From positions 32,001 through 96,000 of the forward strand of contig JAXGMI010000002.1 in NCBI GenBank assembly GCA_040768745.1: 64,000 nt of DNA. The letters run 5' to 3'. Origin of the DNA: Desulfomicrobium sp. Lineage in GTDB: Bacteria; Desulfobacterota; Desulfovibrionia; Desulfovibrionales; Desulfomicrobiaceae. The position numbers and the translations under genes were made by a program. Below are positions 50,418 through 60,566 of this stretch, one piece after another (position 1 is the stretch's first letter; the number at the start of each line of letters is the position of its first letter). Below the pieces are notes generated by a model. It saw nothing but the letters and a program-made list of their open reading frames with translations. It searched no databases and was not told where the DNA came from.

Positions 50418-51299
50418 ATGACCGACGACGCCCTTAAAGCCTCCATTCTGCTGGAGGCGCTGCCCTATATCCGAGAATTCTACGGCCAGACCATTGTCAT
50501 CAAGTACGGCGGCCACGCCATGAAGGACGAGTCACTGCGCCGCGGGTTCGCCCTCAACATCCAGCTGCTGCGCTACATCGGCGTCAACCCCGTCATTGTG
50601 CACGGCGGCGGGCCCCAGATCGGTATCATGCTCAAGCAGCTGGGCATCACCTCTGAATTCCGGCAGGGTCTGCGCGTGACCGACGACGCGACCATGGACG
50701 TGGTGGAGATGGTTCTGGTGGGCAAGGTCAACAAGGAGATCGTCAATCTGATCAATGTCCAGGGCGGCCGGGCCGTTGGCCTGTCGGGCAAGGACGGCGG
50801 GCTGATCCGGGCCCAGAAGCTGGAAATGGCCGTGGAGCGGGCAGACGCCCCGCCCGAGATCATCGACCTGGGCAAGGTGGGCGAGGTCGTGGCCGTGGAC
50901 ACCAAGCTCATCGATTCCCTGCAGCGGTCTGGATTCGTGCCGGTCATCGCCCCCGTGGGCGTGGACGAGGAGGGCAATACCTACAACATCAACGCCGATT
51001 CCGTGGCCAGCGCCGTGGCCGTGGCCGTGGGCGCCAAGAAGCTGATCCTGCTGACCGACGTGTCCGGGGTGCTGGACAAGGAGGGCAGGCTCATCTCCTC
51101 CATGACCATGCATCAGGCCATCCACGCCTTGGAGCGAGGGGTGGTCACGGGCGGGATGATCCCCAAGATCAAGTGCTGCCTGGAGGCCGTGGACGGCGGC
51201 GTGGGTAAGGCCCACATCCTGGACGGCCGGGTGGAGAACGTCATCCTCCTGGAGATGTTCACCCAGGGAGGGATCGGTTCGGAAATCGTGAACAGGTAG
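50418..51299 (+). CDS. argB: Acetylglutamate kinase
   Basis: VIKYGG, VHGGGP, GLRVT, NINAD, GGMIPK. Confidence 0.96.
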   Translation: MTDDALKASILLEALPYIREFYGQTIVIKYGGHAMKDESLRRGFALNIQLLRYIGVNPVIVHGGGPQIGIMLKQLGITSEFRQGLRVTDDATMDVVEMVLVGKVNKEIVNLINVQGGRAVGLSGKDGGLIRAQKLEMAVERADAPPEIIDLGKVGEVVAVDTKLIDSLQRSGFVPVIAPVGVDEEGNTYNINADSVASAVAVAVGAKKLILLTDVSGVLDKEGRLISSMTMHQAIHALERGVVTGGMIPKIKCCLEAVDGGVGKAHILDGRVENVILLEMFTQGGIGSEIVNR

Positions 51300-51325
51300 G
51301 GCCGCAGCCCCCATACCGATAATCG

Positions 51326-51358
51326 TACCCGGCAGGCGCGTCCTGCCGGGTATTTTTT
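51326..51358 (+). terminator. argB terminator
   Basis: TACCCGGCAGG/CCTGCCGGGTA followed by a T run. Confidence 0.8.
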
Positions 51359-51720
51359 GTGCGCCGGGCATGGCGCTTCAGTTATGGGTTGGCAGCCTCC
51401 TGCGGGTCGAGACGTGCGGAACCACGAGTCGCGGGGGCAACTGCGTTACCGCGAGGTGTGGCGGGAAGGAAGCCCGAGACAAGACCTTTGCTTTGATCCA
51501 GGACCATGCGGCCGATCTGTCCGCACTTGGGCCAGCGTACCCCGGACTCGGAGCCGTCGCACTGCACGCAACACACGCCATGGCAGGAGATGTACCGATG
51601 CAGGACGGGATGGGGTATTTCCTTGCCGCAGCTTGGGCCTGTCCCTTTCTGTTCTTCCATGGTCGGCGTCTGCTGTTGGTCGGGGACGGTGGAACGGCTT
51701 CCTTCCATGGGCAGAGCGCG

Positions 51721-52032
51721 GGCCGGTCCATCATGGAGGCCACCATCCAGGCCGGCGAACAGCGCCTGCGGCCCATCATCATGACCTCCCTGGCCTTCGC
51801 CTTCGGCGTGCTGCCCCTGGCCATGGCCAGGGGCGCCGGGGCCAATGCCCGCCACTCCATCGGTACGGGCATCATCGGCGGCATGATCGGCGAGACCACG
51901 CTGGCCATGCTCTACGTGCCGCTGCTGTTCTACCTCTTCGACCGCTTCGCCGAACGCTCCGAGGCCGGGTGGACGACCGCTGCGACGGCCCCCGACGCGG
52001 CCGACGCGCAGGACCAGACGGAGGTGCAGTGA
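51721..52032 (+). pseudogene. C-terminal remnant of an AcrB-like RND permease
   Basis: RLRPIIMTSLAFAFGVLPLA...IGTGIIGGM only; upstream part is not RND-like. Confidence 0.8.
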
Positions 52033-52033
52033 C

Positions 52034-52192
52034 ATGCGCGCCCTGGCGACCCTCGCCCTGATGCTCCTCGTGGCTGGCTGCACGGCCGGCCCGGATTACG
52101 TCCGCCCCGTCCTGGACGTGCCGCAGGCCTTCGTCAGGAAGGATGTCGCCCCGGCTGTTACGTACGGTGGTGGGGGAGGACGGCTGGCGTGA
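52034..52192 (+). pseudogene. N-terminal remnant of an RND outer membrane lipoprotein
   Basis: MRALATLALMLLVAG-CTAGPDYVRP, then stop after 52 aa. Confidence 0.7.
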
Positions 52193-52224
52193 CCCCGCCT
52201 CCTACCCGATATTGATGCCCGGAG

Positions 52225-53340
52225 CTAGTTGAGCATGGCCTGCACGACATGGACGTTGCTGAGCACGTCACGGACCAGGCCGGGGCTGAGGAGGATTTGG
52301 CGGGCTTCGGCCTTGGAAATGATTTCCCGGTAGCTGGGGTCGAACTGGTCGAGCCGCCTCACATCGTCCAGCAGCGTGCCATCGGGAGAAACGAGCTTGG
52401 CGACCTGGTTGGCCAGGAAGAGGATGCACAGATTTTTGGCGTGCTCTGCACTGCACTCCAACTGTGTGACGGGGAGCAGGGCAGGGAGATGGTGATCGAG
52501 AACCAGGGCGTGGAGCTGATCAGGGATGATGCCCGACCTGGCCATGATCTGGGCGGCCTGCAGATGGGTGACAGCCAAACGTTCGAATTCGCGGCCCAGG
52601 CACTGCGGATACGCTTCCGTCTCGTCCGGATTCCTGATCAGGAGGATGAGCACGAGCTTGCCGATGTCGTGCATGAGTCCCGCCGTGTACAGAGCGCCGC
52701 TGTCCATGTCCCGGCTGGCCCTGGCCATGAAGGAAGCCGTGATGGCCGTGGAGTTCATGTGCTGCCAGATGGATTTGAACATGGCCTGCTGGCCGGGGTT
52801 CTTGAACAGGCCGTAGGGCACGGTGCCGAAGGCGATCAGGTTCTTGAGGTGGGTCAGGCCAAGGATGTTCACTCCGGTGTGAATGGATTTGACAGGGATG
52901 GCGGTGCGGAAAAACGGGGAATTGACCGTCTTCAGCACGCGGGCCGAAAGAACAGGATCCCTGGTGACGATGTTGCCCAGTTCTTTCATGCTGATGCCGG
53001 GGTCGCCCATGATGGACAGCTGGGAGTGCAGCGTGCCCACTTTTCTGAAGGCATTGACCAGATCGGTGATGGCCGCAGTGACCAGGGCCGGCGGAGTGGC
53101 GAAGACATGGGTCATCTGCTGGTCCGTTGTGGAAGGGGATCCGCCATAGATGTGTTCCAGGGCGGAGAGCAGCACCGCCTCCCATTCTGAAAGGACCTTG
53201 GTGGGGTTGTCGGCCAGATCGATTTTAACTGGGTTGCGGTCCTCGCCCACAAGGGATTCCAGTTTGGGTTTTCTGGACGCAATCCAGCAGATGCCCACGA
53301 GGCAGGCCAGAAAGGCGATGAGTGCAAGAATGGAGGACAC
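52225..53340 (-). CDS. HDOD domain protein with an N-terminal membrane anchor
   Basis: DPVLSARVLKTVNSPFF, AGLMHDIGKL. Confidence 0.88.
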   Translation of the reverse strand: MSSILALIAFLACLVGICWIASRKPKLESLVGEDRNPVKIDLADNPTKVLSEWEAVLLSALEHIYGGSPSTTDQQMTHVFATPPALVTAAITDLVNAFRKVGTLHSQLSIMGDPGISMKELGNIVTRDPVLSARVLKTVNSPFFRTAIPVKSIHTGVNILGLTHLKNLIAFGTVPYGLFKNPGQQAMFKSIWQHMNSTAITASFMARASRDMDSGALYTAGLMHDIGKLVLILLIRNPDETEAYPQCLGREFERLAVTHLQAAQIMARSGIIPDQLHALVLDHHLPALLPVTQLECSAEHAKNLCILFLANQVAKLVSPDGTLLDDVRRLDQFDPSYREIISKAEARQILLSPGLVRDVLSNVHVVQAMLN

Positions 53341-53437
53341 GGCGACCTCACGCTGAGCGAACTGCGTTGGAACAGTTGTTGGGAGGCAAAGCAGAACGCA
53401 TGAAAACTTCTGGAGATGTTTTCATGCGTTCAACTGT

Positions 53438-54889
53438 TTACAGCCCTGCGTTGTCCACCAGTTCCATGGCCCGGGCCGCATGGACTTCGTCCAGGCGCTG
53501 GACCGGAAGGTTGCGCGGGGCCTCAAGAATGGACTGGGGGTCGCTCTCCACCCGTTCCAGGATCTCGATCAGATCGTCCACGAACTGGTCCAGGGTTTCC
53601 TTGCTTTCGGTTTCTGTGGGCTCGAACATCAGGCATTCCTTGACAATGAGGGGGAAGTAGATGGTCGGCGCGTAGTGCCCTTTCTCCAGCAGGGCCTTGG
53701 CGATGTCCAGGGCGCGTACGCCTTGGTGGACCTGGCGCACGGCCGAGGCCACGAACTCGTGCATGCAGATGCGGTCGTGGGGGATTTCCAGATGGTTTTG
53801 CAGCCGCTTGCGCAGATAGTTGGCGGCCAGCACGGCGTTTTCCGAGGCCCGGACAATGCCTTCCCTGCCCAGGCGCAGGATGTAGGCATAGGCCTTGAGG
53901 ATGACTCCAAAATTGCCGTAAAAGGGGGCGATGTAGCCGATGGACTTGGGATAGTCGTAGTCCAGGAAGTACTGGCCGTCCTCCAGTTTGACCACCCGGG
54001 AAATGGGCAGGTACTCCACCAGGCGCTGGCTGACCCCGACCGGTCCGGCCCCGGGCCCGCCGCCCCCGTGGGGGGTGGCGAAGGTCTTGTGCAGGTTCAG
54101 GTGCACGACATCGAAGCCCACGTCGCCCACCCGCATCTTGCCCATGATGGCATTCAGGTTGGCGCCGTCGTAGTAGAGCAGGCCGTCCACGCTGTGCACC
54201 AGTTCGACAATGCGCTGCAGGTTGCATTCGAACAGGCCCAGTGTGTTGGGGCAGGTCATCATGACCCCGGCCACTTTGTCATCCAGGACTTTTTCCAGCT
54301 CGTCGGGGTCGATCATGCCGTTTTTGGATTCGATGGACACCACTTCGTAGCCGGCGATGGCTGCCGAGGCCGGATTGGTGCCGTGGGCCGAATCGGGCAC
54401 GATGATCTTGGTCTTGGTGTTGCCCTTGTCGTGGTGGTAGGCGGCCATGAGCATGACGCCCGTCAGCTCGCCGTGGGCCCCGGCCATGGGCTGCAAGGTG
54501 AACGCGTGCATGCCGGTGATCTCGGCCAGGAGCTGCTCGGTTTCATACAGGATCTCGAGTGCGCCCTGGGTCAGATATCCGGCGCCCTTGAGCTGCGGGA
54601 TGAGGGGGTGCAGGCTGGTGAACCCCGGGTGAGAGGCGATGACCTCGGTGAATTTGGGGTTGTACTTCATGGTGCACGACCCCAACGGATAAAAGTTGCT
54701 GTCCACGCTGTAGTTCAGGCGCGAGAGTCTGGTGAAATGGCGGATGACATCGATCTCGGACAGTTCGGGCAGCTTCGGGGCGGTGTCCCGCAACAGGTGG
54801 GCCGGAATGTCCGCCGCCGTGTTTCCCCTGGGTGCCTTGGGCCATACGCCGGTTCTGCCAGCGGAGGAATTGGAGAAAAGGGTTTTCAC
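53438..54889 (-). CDS. gcvPB: Glycine dehydrogenase subunit 2
   Basis: PLGSCTMKYNP, HLNLHKTFATPHGGGGPG; GTG start. Confidence 0.95.
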   Translation of the reverse strand: MKTLFSNSSAGRTGVWPKAPRGNTAADIPAHLLRDTAPKLPELSEIDVIRHFTRLSRLNYSVDSNFYPLGSCTMKYNPKFTEVIASHPGFTSLHPLIPQLKGAGYLTQGALEILYETEQLLAEITGMHAFTLQPMAGAHGELTGVMLMAAYHHDKGNTKTKIIVPDSAHGTNPASAAIAGYEVVSIESKNGMIDPDELEKVLDDKVAGVMMTCPNTLGLFECNLQRIVELVHSVDGLLYYDGANLNAIMGKMRVGDVGFDVVHLNLHKTFATPHGGGGPGAGPVGVSQRLVEYLPISRVVKLEDGQYFLDYDYPKSIGYIAPFYGNFGVILKAYAYILRLGREGIVRASENAVLAANYLRKRLQNHLEIPHDRICMHEFVASAVRQVHQGVRALDIAKALLEKGHYAPTIYFPLIVKECLMFEPTETESKETLDQFVDDLIEILERVESDPQSILEAPRNLPVQRLDEVHAARAMELVDNAGL

Positions 54890-56214
54890 AGCGCACCTCC
54901 GATGATCTCGGCCAGGATGCCGACGCTCTGCTTGGTTGTTTTTTCGGTGCAGGCCACCAGGAGATGGTTGTCCATGCCCTGATAGTACCGGCCCAGGGGA
55001 AATCCGGGCACGAATTTTTTGTCCAGGAGCTGGCCGATGATCTCGTAGGCGCGCACTGGCAATTGCACGGTGAATTCGTTTCCGAAGGGCTGGTTGACGA
55101 CGCGCACTCCGGGCAGCCTCTCCAGTCGGTTGGCTGCGTAATGGGCGCGTTCGATGCTCAGCTGGGCTGTTTTCTTCAGGCCCTGGGGCCCCAGCAGGCT
55201 GACGTACATGAGGGCGCGCAGGGCGCACAGGGCCTGGTTGGAGCAGATGTTCGAGGTGGCCTTTTCGCGGCGGATGTGCTGCTCCCTGGCCTGCAGGGTC
55301 AGGACATACCCGGTTCTGCCGTTCTTGTCCGTGGTCCGGCCCACGATGCGCCCGGGCATCTGGCGGATGAGCTGTTTGGAGCAGGTCATGATGCCCAGGT
55401 AGGGACCGCCGAAGCTCAAGGGCAGCCCCAGGCTCTGGCCTTCGGCCACGGCGATGTCCGCACCCATCTGGCCAGGCGTCTTGAGTACCGTCTGCAGAAC
55501 CGGATACACCGACATGATGGAGACAATCTTGTGTTCCCGGGCTGTGGAGAACAGGGCGCTGAAATCCTGGATCGTGCCGAAGAAATTGGGGTTCTGCACG
55601 ATGACGGCCGCTGTCTGGTCGTCGAGGGCGGCCGTGAGGGCGTCCACGTCGGTGTCACAATTCTTGTGCGGGATGGTCACCAGATCGAGCTTCAGGTTGG
55701 TGGTGTAGCTGTCGAGCATGACCCGATAGATGGGGTTGACGCTCTCGGAGATGACAATGCGGGTCCGCTTGGTGTGCCGCACGGCCATCATGATGGCCTC
55801 GTACAGTGCCGTGCCTCCGTCGTACAGGGATGCGTTGGCGTACTGCATGTCCAGCAGGCGGGCCATGGCGGTCTGGTACTCGAAGATGGCCTGCAGCATG
55901 CCCTGGGAGGCCTCGGCCTGATAGGGCGTGTAGGCCGTGTAGAATTCTCCCCTGGAGCACAGGGCGTCAACGGCGCTGGGGATATAGTGGTCGTAGAAGC
56001 CCGCACCCAGGAAGGAAACCAGATCCGTGTGGTTCTTGGCGGCCGTCTTGTCGAGCTTCTGGCGGACGTCCATTTCGCTCAGCCCAGCGGGCAGGTTCAG
56101 TTCCCTGGCCCGGAAGGCGGTGGGGATGTCCTCGAACAGCGCTTCGATGTCCGGGACGCCGACGGCGTCCAGCATTTCCCGCTGTTCTGCCGGAGTGTGG
56201 GGGATGAAGGGCAT
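54886..56214 (-). CDS. gcvPA: Glycine dehydrogenase subunit 1
   Basis: YTPYQAEASQG, REQHIRREKATSNIC. Confidence 0.95.
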   Translation of the reverse strand: MPFIPHTPAEQREMLDAVGVPDIEALFEDIPTAFRARELNLPAGLSEMDVRQKLDKTAAKNHTDLVSFLGAGFYDHYIPSAVDALCSRGEFYTAYTPYQAEASQGMLQAIFEYQTAMARLLDMQYANASLYDGGTALYEAIMMAVRHTKRTRIVISESVNPIYRVMLDSYTTNLKLDLVTIPHKNCDTDVDALTAALDDQTAAVIVQNPNFFGTIQDFSALFSTAREHKIVSIMSVYPVLQTVLKTPGQMGADIAVAEGQSLGLPLSFGGPYLGIMTCSKQLIRQMPGRIVGRTTDKNGRTGYVLTLQAREQHIRREKATSNICSNQALCALRALMYVSLLGPQGLKKTAQLSIERAHYAANRLERLPGVRVVNQPFGNEFTVQLPVRAYEIIGQLLDKKFVPGFPLGRYYQGMDNHLLVACTEKTTKQSVGILAEIIGGAL

Positions 56215-56235
56215 GCTGCCTCCAGATTGTTTGTT

Positions 56236-56616
56236 CTAGTGGGCTTCGGCGGCGCAGAGCGCGGCGTAGGCGTGGGCATCGAGAAGACCGGCTGGTGCGG
56301 CGGAGAGCCTGATCTTGAACATCCACCCCGCGCCAAATGCGTCCTTGTTGACCAACTCCGGTGCACTTTCCAGGGCAGTGTTGACCTCGATGACCTCTCC
56401 GCTGACCGGCGCATAGATTTCGCTGGCCGCCTTGACCGACTCCACGCTGCCGATTTCCGTTCCGGCCTGGGCTGCTGCTCCGGGCTGGGGAAGTTCCACA
56501 AATGTCAGGTCGCCGAGCTGTTCCTGGGCATAATGGGTGATGCCGCATACGGCCATGTCGCCTTCTATTCTGACCCATTCGTGCGATTTGGCATAGAGAA
56601 GATCTGTTGGGTTCAT
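56236..56616 (-). CDS. gcvH: Glycine cleavage system H protein
   Basis: [20 protein letters not shown] lipoyl motif. Confidence 0.95.
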   Translation of the reverse strand: MNPTDLLYAKSHEWVRIEGDMAVCGITHYAQEQLGDLTFVELPQPGAAAQAGTEIGSVESVKAASEIYAPVSGEVIEVNTALESAPELVNKDAFGAGWMFKIRLSAAPAGLLDAHAYAALCAAEAH

Positions 56617-56770
56617 GACGTCCTCCGTCTGAAATTTTGGTGGATAGGGCAGGTTTTTTCTGCCGCTTGAGTTTGGGCTGACATAAATATAATGACATGA
56701 AAGCGCAATGAAAGAGATGCGCTGGCCTGGAGATGGAAGATGCATCCTTGGGAATGCTCGAGGAGGAAGG

Positions 56771-57310
56771 ATGAAATTGCTGAGCTTCTGTGTTGTTGCA
56801 GTGGCGGCTTCCATGATGTGGACGCCGGTCTGGTCTGCCGGCCTGACCGGGGCCCAGGTCAAGGGTTTTGTGCATGTCATGCAGGAGTTGAAGCCCCTCT
56901 TCGACAAATACGCCGACGAAATCGGCGACGACGGGGATGCGATGAGCACGGCGCACATTGTCAGGGATTGGGCCGGAGGGTTGCAGGGACAGACTGAGGC
57001 CGAAGGCGTGCTGCGCAGGTACAGCTTCGATTCCACGAGCTGGTCCGCTGTTTCCCAGCAGGTGACAGAGGCCTACATGGCGCTCAAGTTCGGTAAAGAC
57101 GGCCAGGACATTTCCGCTCAACTGCAGGATGCCCTGCGCGCCATCGAGGACAGTTCTGATTTTCCGGCGGAAGACAAGGAACAGATGGTCGCCCGGATGA
57201 AGCAGAGCATCGAGGAGTTTGAACGAATCCGCAATGTCCCACAGGCGGATCAGGATGCGGTGCAGCCGTATCTTACGAATCTGGATACGATCTTCGACTG
57301 GCAGGAGTGA
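56771..57310 (+). CDS. Exported hypothetical protein
   Basis: GGAGG RBS; signal peptide [14 protein letters not shown]. Confidence 0.7.
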   Translation: MKLLSFCVVAVAASMMWTPVWSAGLTGAQVKGFVHVMQELKPLFDKYADEIGDDGDAMSTAHIVRDWAGGLQGQTEAEGVLRRYSFDSTSWSAVSQQVTEAYMALKFGKDGQDISAQLQDALRAIEDSSDFPAEDKEQMVARMKQSIEEFERIRNVPQADQDAVQPYLTNLDTIFDWQE

Positions 57311-58419
57311 GCCCCGGACGAAGATTTTCCTCAGCCATGCCGCCCCAGGGCGGCATCGCTGTTTACGGAGGCGGCGTGTTCCACAGAAGAGTTGCCTGTG
57401 TCTGCTGCGTGGTGTGCGCCTGTCTGTTTTTCCCGTCCCTCGGGGCGATGGCCGGGTTCGGATCGGAGAGCCTGCTGCGTTCCCTGTGGACGCAAGGGGA
57501 GCTGGCCGGCAATCCGGCCGATCATGTGGTGACCAGACCCTATGCAAACCCTGCCGATCTTTCGCCGCCAGCCCGCACGGGACCTCTCATTCAGCTCGAC
57601 CCCACGTCCGAGGGACTGCGCGGGGTCATCCGCAGGGTGCGCATTGCCAATGACGCAAAGGTCCTGGCCCTGACCTTCGACCTGTGTGAGCGGGCCAGCA
57701 ACCGCACGGGCTACCGCACCGAGATCGTCAACTGTCTGCGAGAGAAGGGCGTGGCGGCCACTTTTTTCGCCGGTGGCAAGTGGATGCGCTCGCACCCGAA
57801 GCAGACCATGCAGCTCATGGCCGATCCGCTCTTCGAACTGGGCAATCACTCCTGGACCCACGCCAACCTGGCTCTGACCGACGGGACCGAGACCCGCGAC
57901 CAGGTGCTCTGGACCCAGGCCCAGTACGAGTTGCTGCGCGAGGAACTGGCGCGCCGGGCCCAGGCGCGAGGCCTGGAGGCGGAGATGGCGGCGGTGCCGA
58001 TGTCCATGTCGGTCTTCCGGTTGCCTTACGGCCGCAACGCCCCGGAAACCCTCCAGCGCCTGGCGGCCATGGGGTTGCCCGTGGTGCAGTGGGACGTCCT
58101 GGGCGAGGCTGGGGCCGGATCCGCGAGGAACATGGCCCTGCGTGCGGCGGGCGAGGTGAGGTCCGGATCCATTGTGCTCATGCACGCCAACGCCGTTCCG
58201 CGCCACACCCACGACATTGTTCCGCTCTTCGTGGACGAACTGTTGCATCGTGGCTGGCGATTCGTGACCGTGAGCGACCTCCTGGCCATGGGCAAGCCCG
58301 AGACGGTCCAGGACGGATACTTCGAGCGCCCCGGAGACAACCGGCAGTTCGACACGGGCTATCCGGGCAAGGGCACCCTGCACCCGGACCCGCAGGCGGC
58401 GGCCAGGACTGGAAAATAA
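57307..58419 (+). CDS. Polysaccharide deacetylase family protein
   Basis: ALTFD, ATFF, GNHSWTH, FRLPYG, IVLMH. Confidence 0.88.
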   Translation: MSPGRRFSSAMPPQGGIAVYGGGVFHRRVACVCCVVCACLFFPSLGAMAGFGSESLLRSLWTQGELAGNPADHVVTRPYANPADLSPPARTGPLIQLDPTSEGLRGVIRRVRIANDAKVLALTFDLCERASNRTGYRTEIVNCLREKGVAATFFAGGKWMRSHPKQTMQLMADPLFELGNHSWTHANLALTDGTETRDQVLWTQAQYELLREELARRAQARGLEAEMAAVPMSMSVFRLPYGRNAPETLQRLAAMGLPVVQWDVLGEAGAGSARNMALRAAGEVRSGSIVLMHANAVPRHTHDIVPLFVDELLHRGWRFVTVSDLLAMGKPETVQDGYFERPGDNRQFDTGYPGKGTLHPDPQAAARTGK

Positions 58420-58658
58420 CGGCTGGACCGCTCTCTTTTCGCGTCGCGGAAAACATCCGGCTGCGGCCCGAAACCTGCCCGTGATCCCCTGCGCGACCTC
58501 CGGAAGCCCCCTGCGTCCTCAAATCCATTGCCCCCGACTCTTGTCCGATCAAATCCAGTGGCAGCCAGGCCGTGTCTCGTCGCCGTTCCGGCGGGAAGGC
58601 CTCTTGCCCGGGCCCGACAAGAGCCGGGTGTACGGGTCGGGGACGGCCAGGGGGGTGT

Positions 58659-59087
58659 TCAGGACAACCGTTTCATGCGGATCGCCAGGGCGCGGCCCAG
58701 GCTGACCAAGCCCAGGAGCATGACAAAGCCCAGGTGCCCCCAGTCCACGAGCACGACGAAAGTCGGGGAGAAGAAGGCGTCGGGCTGGTTTTTCATGACC
58801 CGCACGAGGCCCGTGCTCACCACGCCGGCCCAGGTCAGGGCCAGTAGAATGCCGCCGGCGTTCCAAGTCCTGCGCATAGCCAGGGGCAGCCGCCAGCCCA
58901 GGAAGACCAGCAGCACGGCGGCCAGTCCGTAGTGCAGAACGTGGTTCAGGTAGTAGTCGGCGGTCCAGGCGAAGCCGGGCACATCGGCCAGGTAGTAGCG
59001 CGCGAAGATGGGCATCTGCGCGAAGCCCGTGAAGAGCAGGGCGAAGACGGTCAGTCGGAAGACGATGTCGAGAACTCGCTTATTCAT
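58659..59087 (-). CDS. Membrane partner of the Fe-S protein (four hydrophobic helices with His)
   Basis: TGFAQMPIFARYY...HY...H; coupled to the 4Fe-4S gene. Confidence 0.7.
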   Translation of the reverse strand: MNKRVLDIVFRLTVFALLFTGFAQMPIFARYYLADVPGFAWTADYYLNHVLHYGLAAVLLVFLGWRLPLAMRRTWNAGGILLALTWAGVVSTGLVRVMKNQPDAFFSPTFVVLVDWGHLGFVMLLGLVSLGRALAIRMKRLS

Positions 59088-60042
59088 TTTTTCCCTCCGA
59101 GGTCGCGCCACGGATCAGATGCAGGGCCCCGGCCATCAATCCGGCCAGAGGCGCGGCATAGACAGCGCGGGCCAGGACGTCTTCCGCGGTGAAGGGGTCC
59201 GCCACGGCGGCCAGGTGCGGCCTTCCAGGACCCTTCTCGATGGACTGGTTCAGGACGTCGAATGGCACGGGCGAGACGTAGAAGGTGTTGGTCCCGCCGT
59301 TCTCCGTGTCGCCGTAGAGAAATCCGCCGCTCTCCTCGGCCAGCTTCCTGGCCTGGGCAAGGATTTCATCCCTGGGTCCGATGGTCTGCACTCCCTCGGG
59401 GCAGGCCTCGATGCAGGCGGGCGTGCCGCCGGCAACCACGCGGTCCTGGCAGCGGTCGCACTTGAACATGACGCCGTTGCCCGCGAAGCTGGGGGCGAGC
59501 TTCAGGTACAGGCCCACGCCTGTCTGGCGCTCGGGGATGTGCCAGGGGCAGACGTCCTTGCACTTGGAGCCGCCCAGGCAGATCTCGTCGTCTATGGCCA
59601 CGATGCCGCGCCCGTCCTTTGACGCCGCGCCCCAGGGGCAGAGGTTGGCGCAGGGCGGGTTCTGGCAGTGCAGGCAGCGCCGCGGGATGTTCAGCTCGAA
59701 GGGCTTGCCGTCGTATGTCCCCGAGGCCGTCTGGATGTAGAGCCAGTTGTAGGGCGTCAGACGGTCGTCCACATGGCGCTTGTCGCTCCAGTCCGCAGCC
59801 TTGACCCTGGACGGGTACATTTTCGGGAACGGTTTGACGGGCTCGGGGTATTTGCGGGCGTTGGCCTCGCGGCAGGCCTGCACGCAGGCCCCGCAGGCGA
59901 TGCATTTTGACAGGTCCAGCAGGGTGGCCAGGACGACCTCCTCGGCGCCGTCACTCTGGGCGCGTGCCTTCGCCGGGCCCGCAACAGTCCCCGCGGCAAC
60001 GGCAAGGCCGGAGGCGAGGAAGGATCTGCGGTTGATTTTCAT
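59080..60042 (-). CDS. Tat-exported 4Fe-4S dicluster protein
   Basis: NRRSFL Tat motif; CxxCxxCxxxC clusters. Confidence 0.9.
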   Translation of the reverse strand: MKINRRSFLASGLAVAAGTVAGPAKARAQSDGAEEVVLATLLDLSKCIACGACVQACREANARKYPEPVKPFPKMYPSRVKAADWSDKRHVDDRLTPYNWLYIQTASGTYDGKPFELNIPRRCLHCQNPPCANLCPWGAASKDGRGIVAIDDEICLGGSKCKDVCPWHIPERQTGVGLYLKLAPSFAGNGVMFKCDRCQDRVVAGGTPACIEACPEGVQTIGPRDEILAQARKLAEESGGFLYGDTENGGTNTFYVSPVPFDVLNQSIEKGPGRPHLAAVADPFTAEDVLARAVYAAPLAGLMAGALHLIRGATSEGKNE

Positions 60043-60084
60043 GCGTTTCTCCAAAATATTCTGTGTGCGATGTTCAAAGGCATA

Positions 60085-60313
60085 ATGGATCCCCGCCTGC
60101 GCGGGGATGACGTCGAGGCGGGGCGGCTGGTGGCGGGAGATGTCTGAACCCGAGCAATGCCGGATTCCGGATTTTTAGACAAGAGGTGCCCCTTGCGGTG
60201 AGCGCGGAGGACGCACTTGTACGCTGTCATCCCAGTGGAGGCGTGACTCATGTCCAGTCAGGAGCCTCCTCCGCACTCCAGGAACGTCATCCCAGTGGAG
60301 GCGCGGATCCATG
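60085..60313. repeat. Three REP-like palindromic units
   Basis: ATGGATCCCCGCCTGCGCGGGGATGACG (60085) and degenerate inverted copies GTCATCCCAGTGGAGGCG at 60226 and 60286. Confidence 0.6.
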
Positions 60314-60566
60314 CCTTCCCGTAAACGCCTTCGACTCACCCGCAGCGCTCTGCACGGGCAACAGAGCCGTCAGCAGCGGCACGGGGCTCAGGCGCAGGAC
60401 CTTCCCGGCCACGGATCCCAGCGGCATGTCGACGAACACGCCTCGCCCGTGAGCTCCCATGACCAATTGACAAATGGTAATCAGTAGCAAATATACTGTG
60501 CCAGACACGTCTTACCCGCGCAGCAGGGCGAAATCGACACTGCGCCGCGCAAAATCCGGAGCTGAC

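Noticed and set aside
53438..56700. gcvH-PA-PB without gcvT or a visible glycine riboswitch
   Set aside because: Split gcv loci are common and the short upstream region shows no riboswitch-like structure
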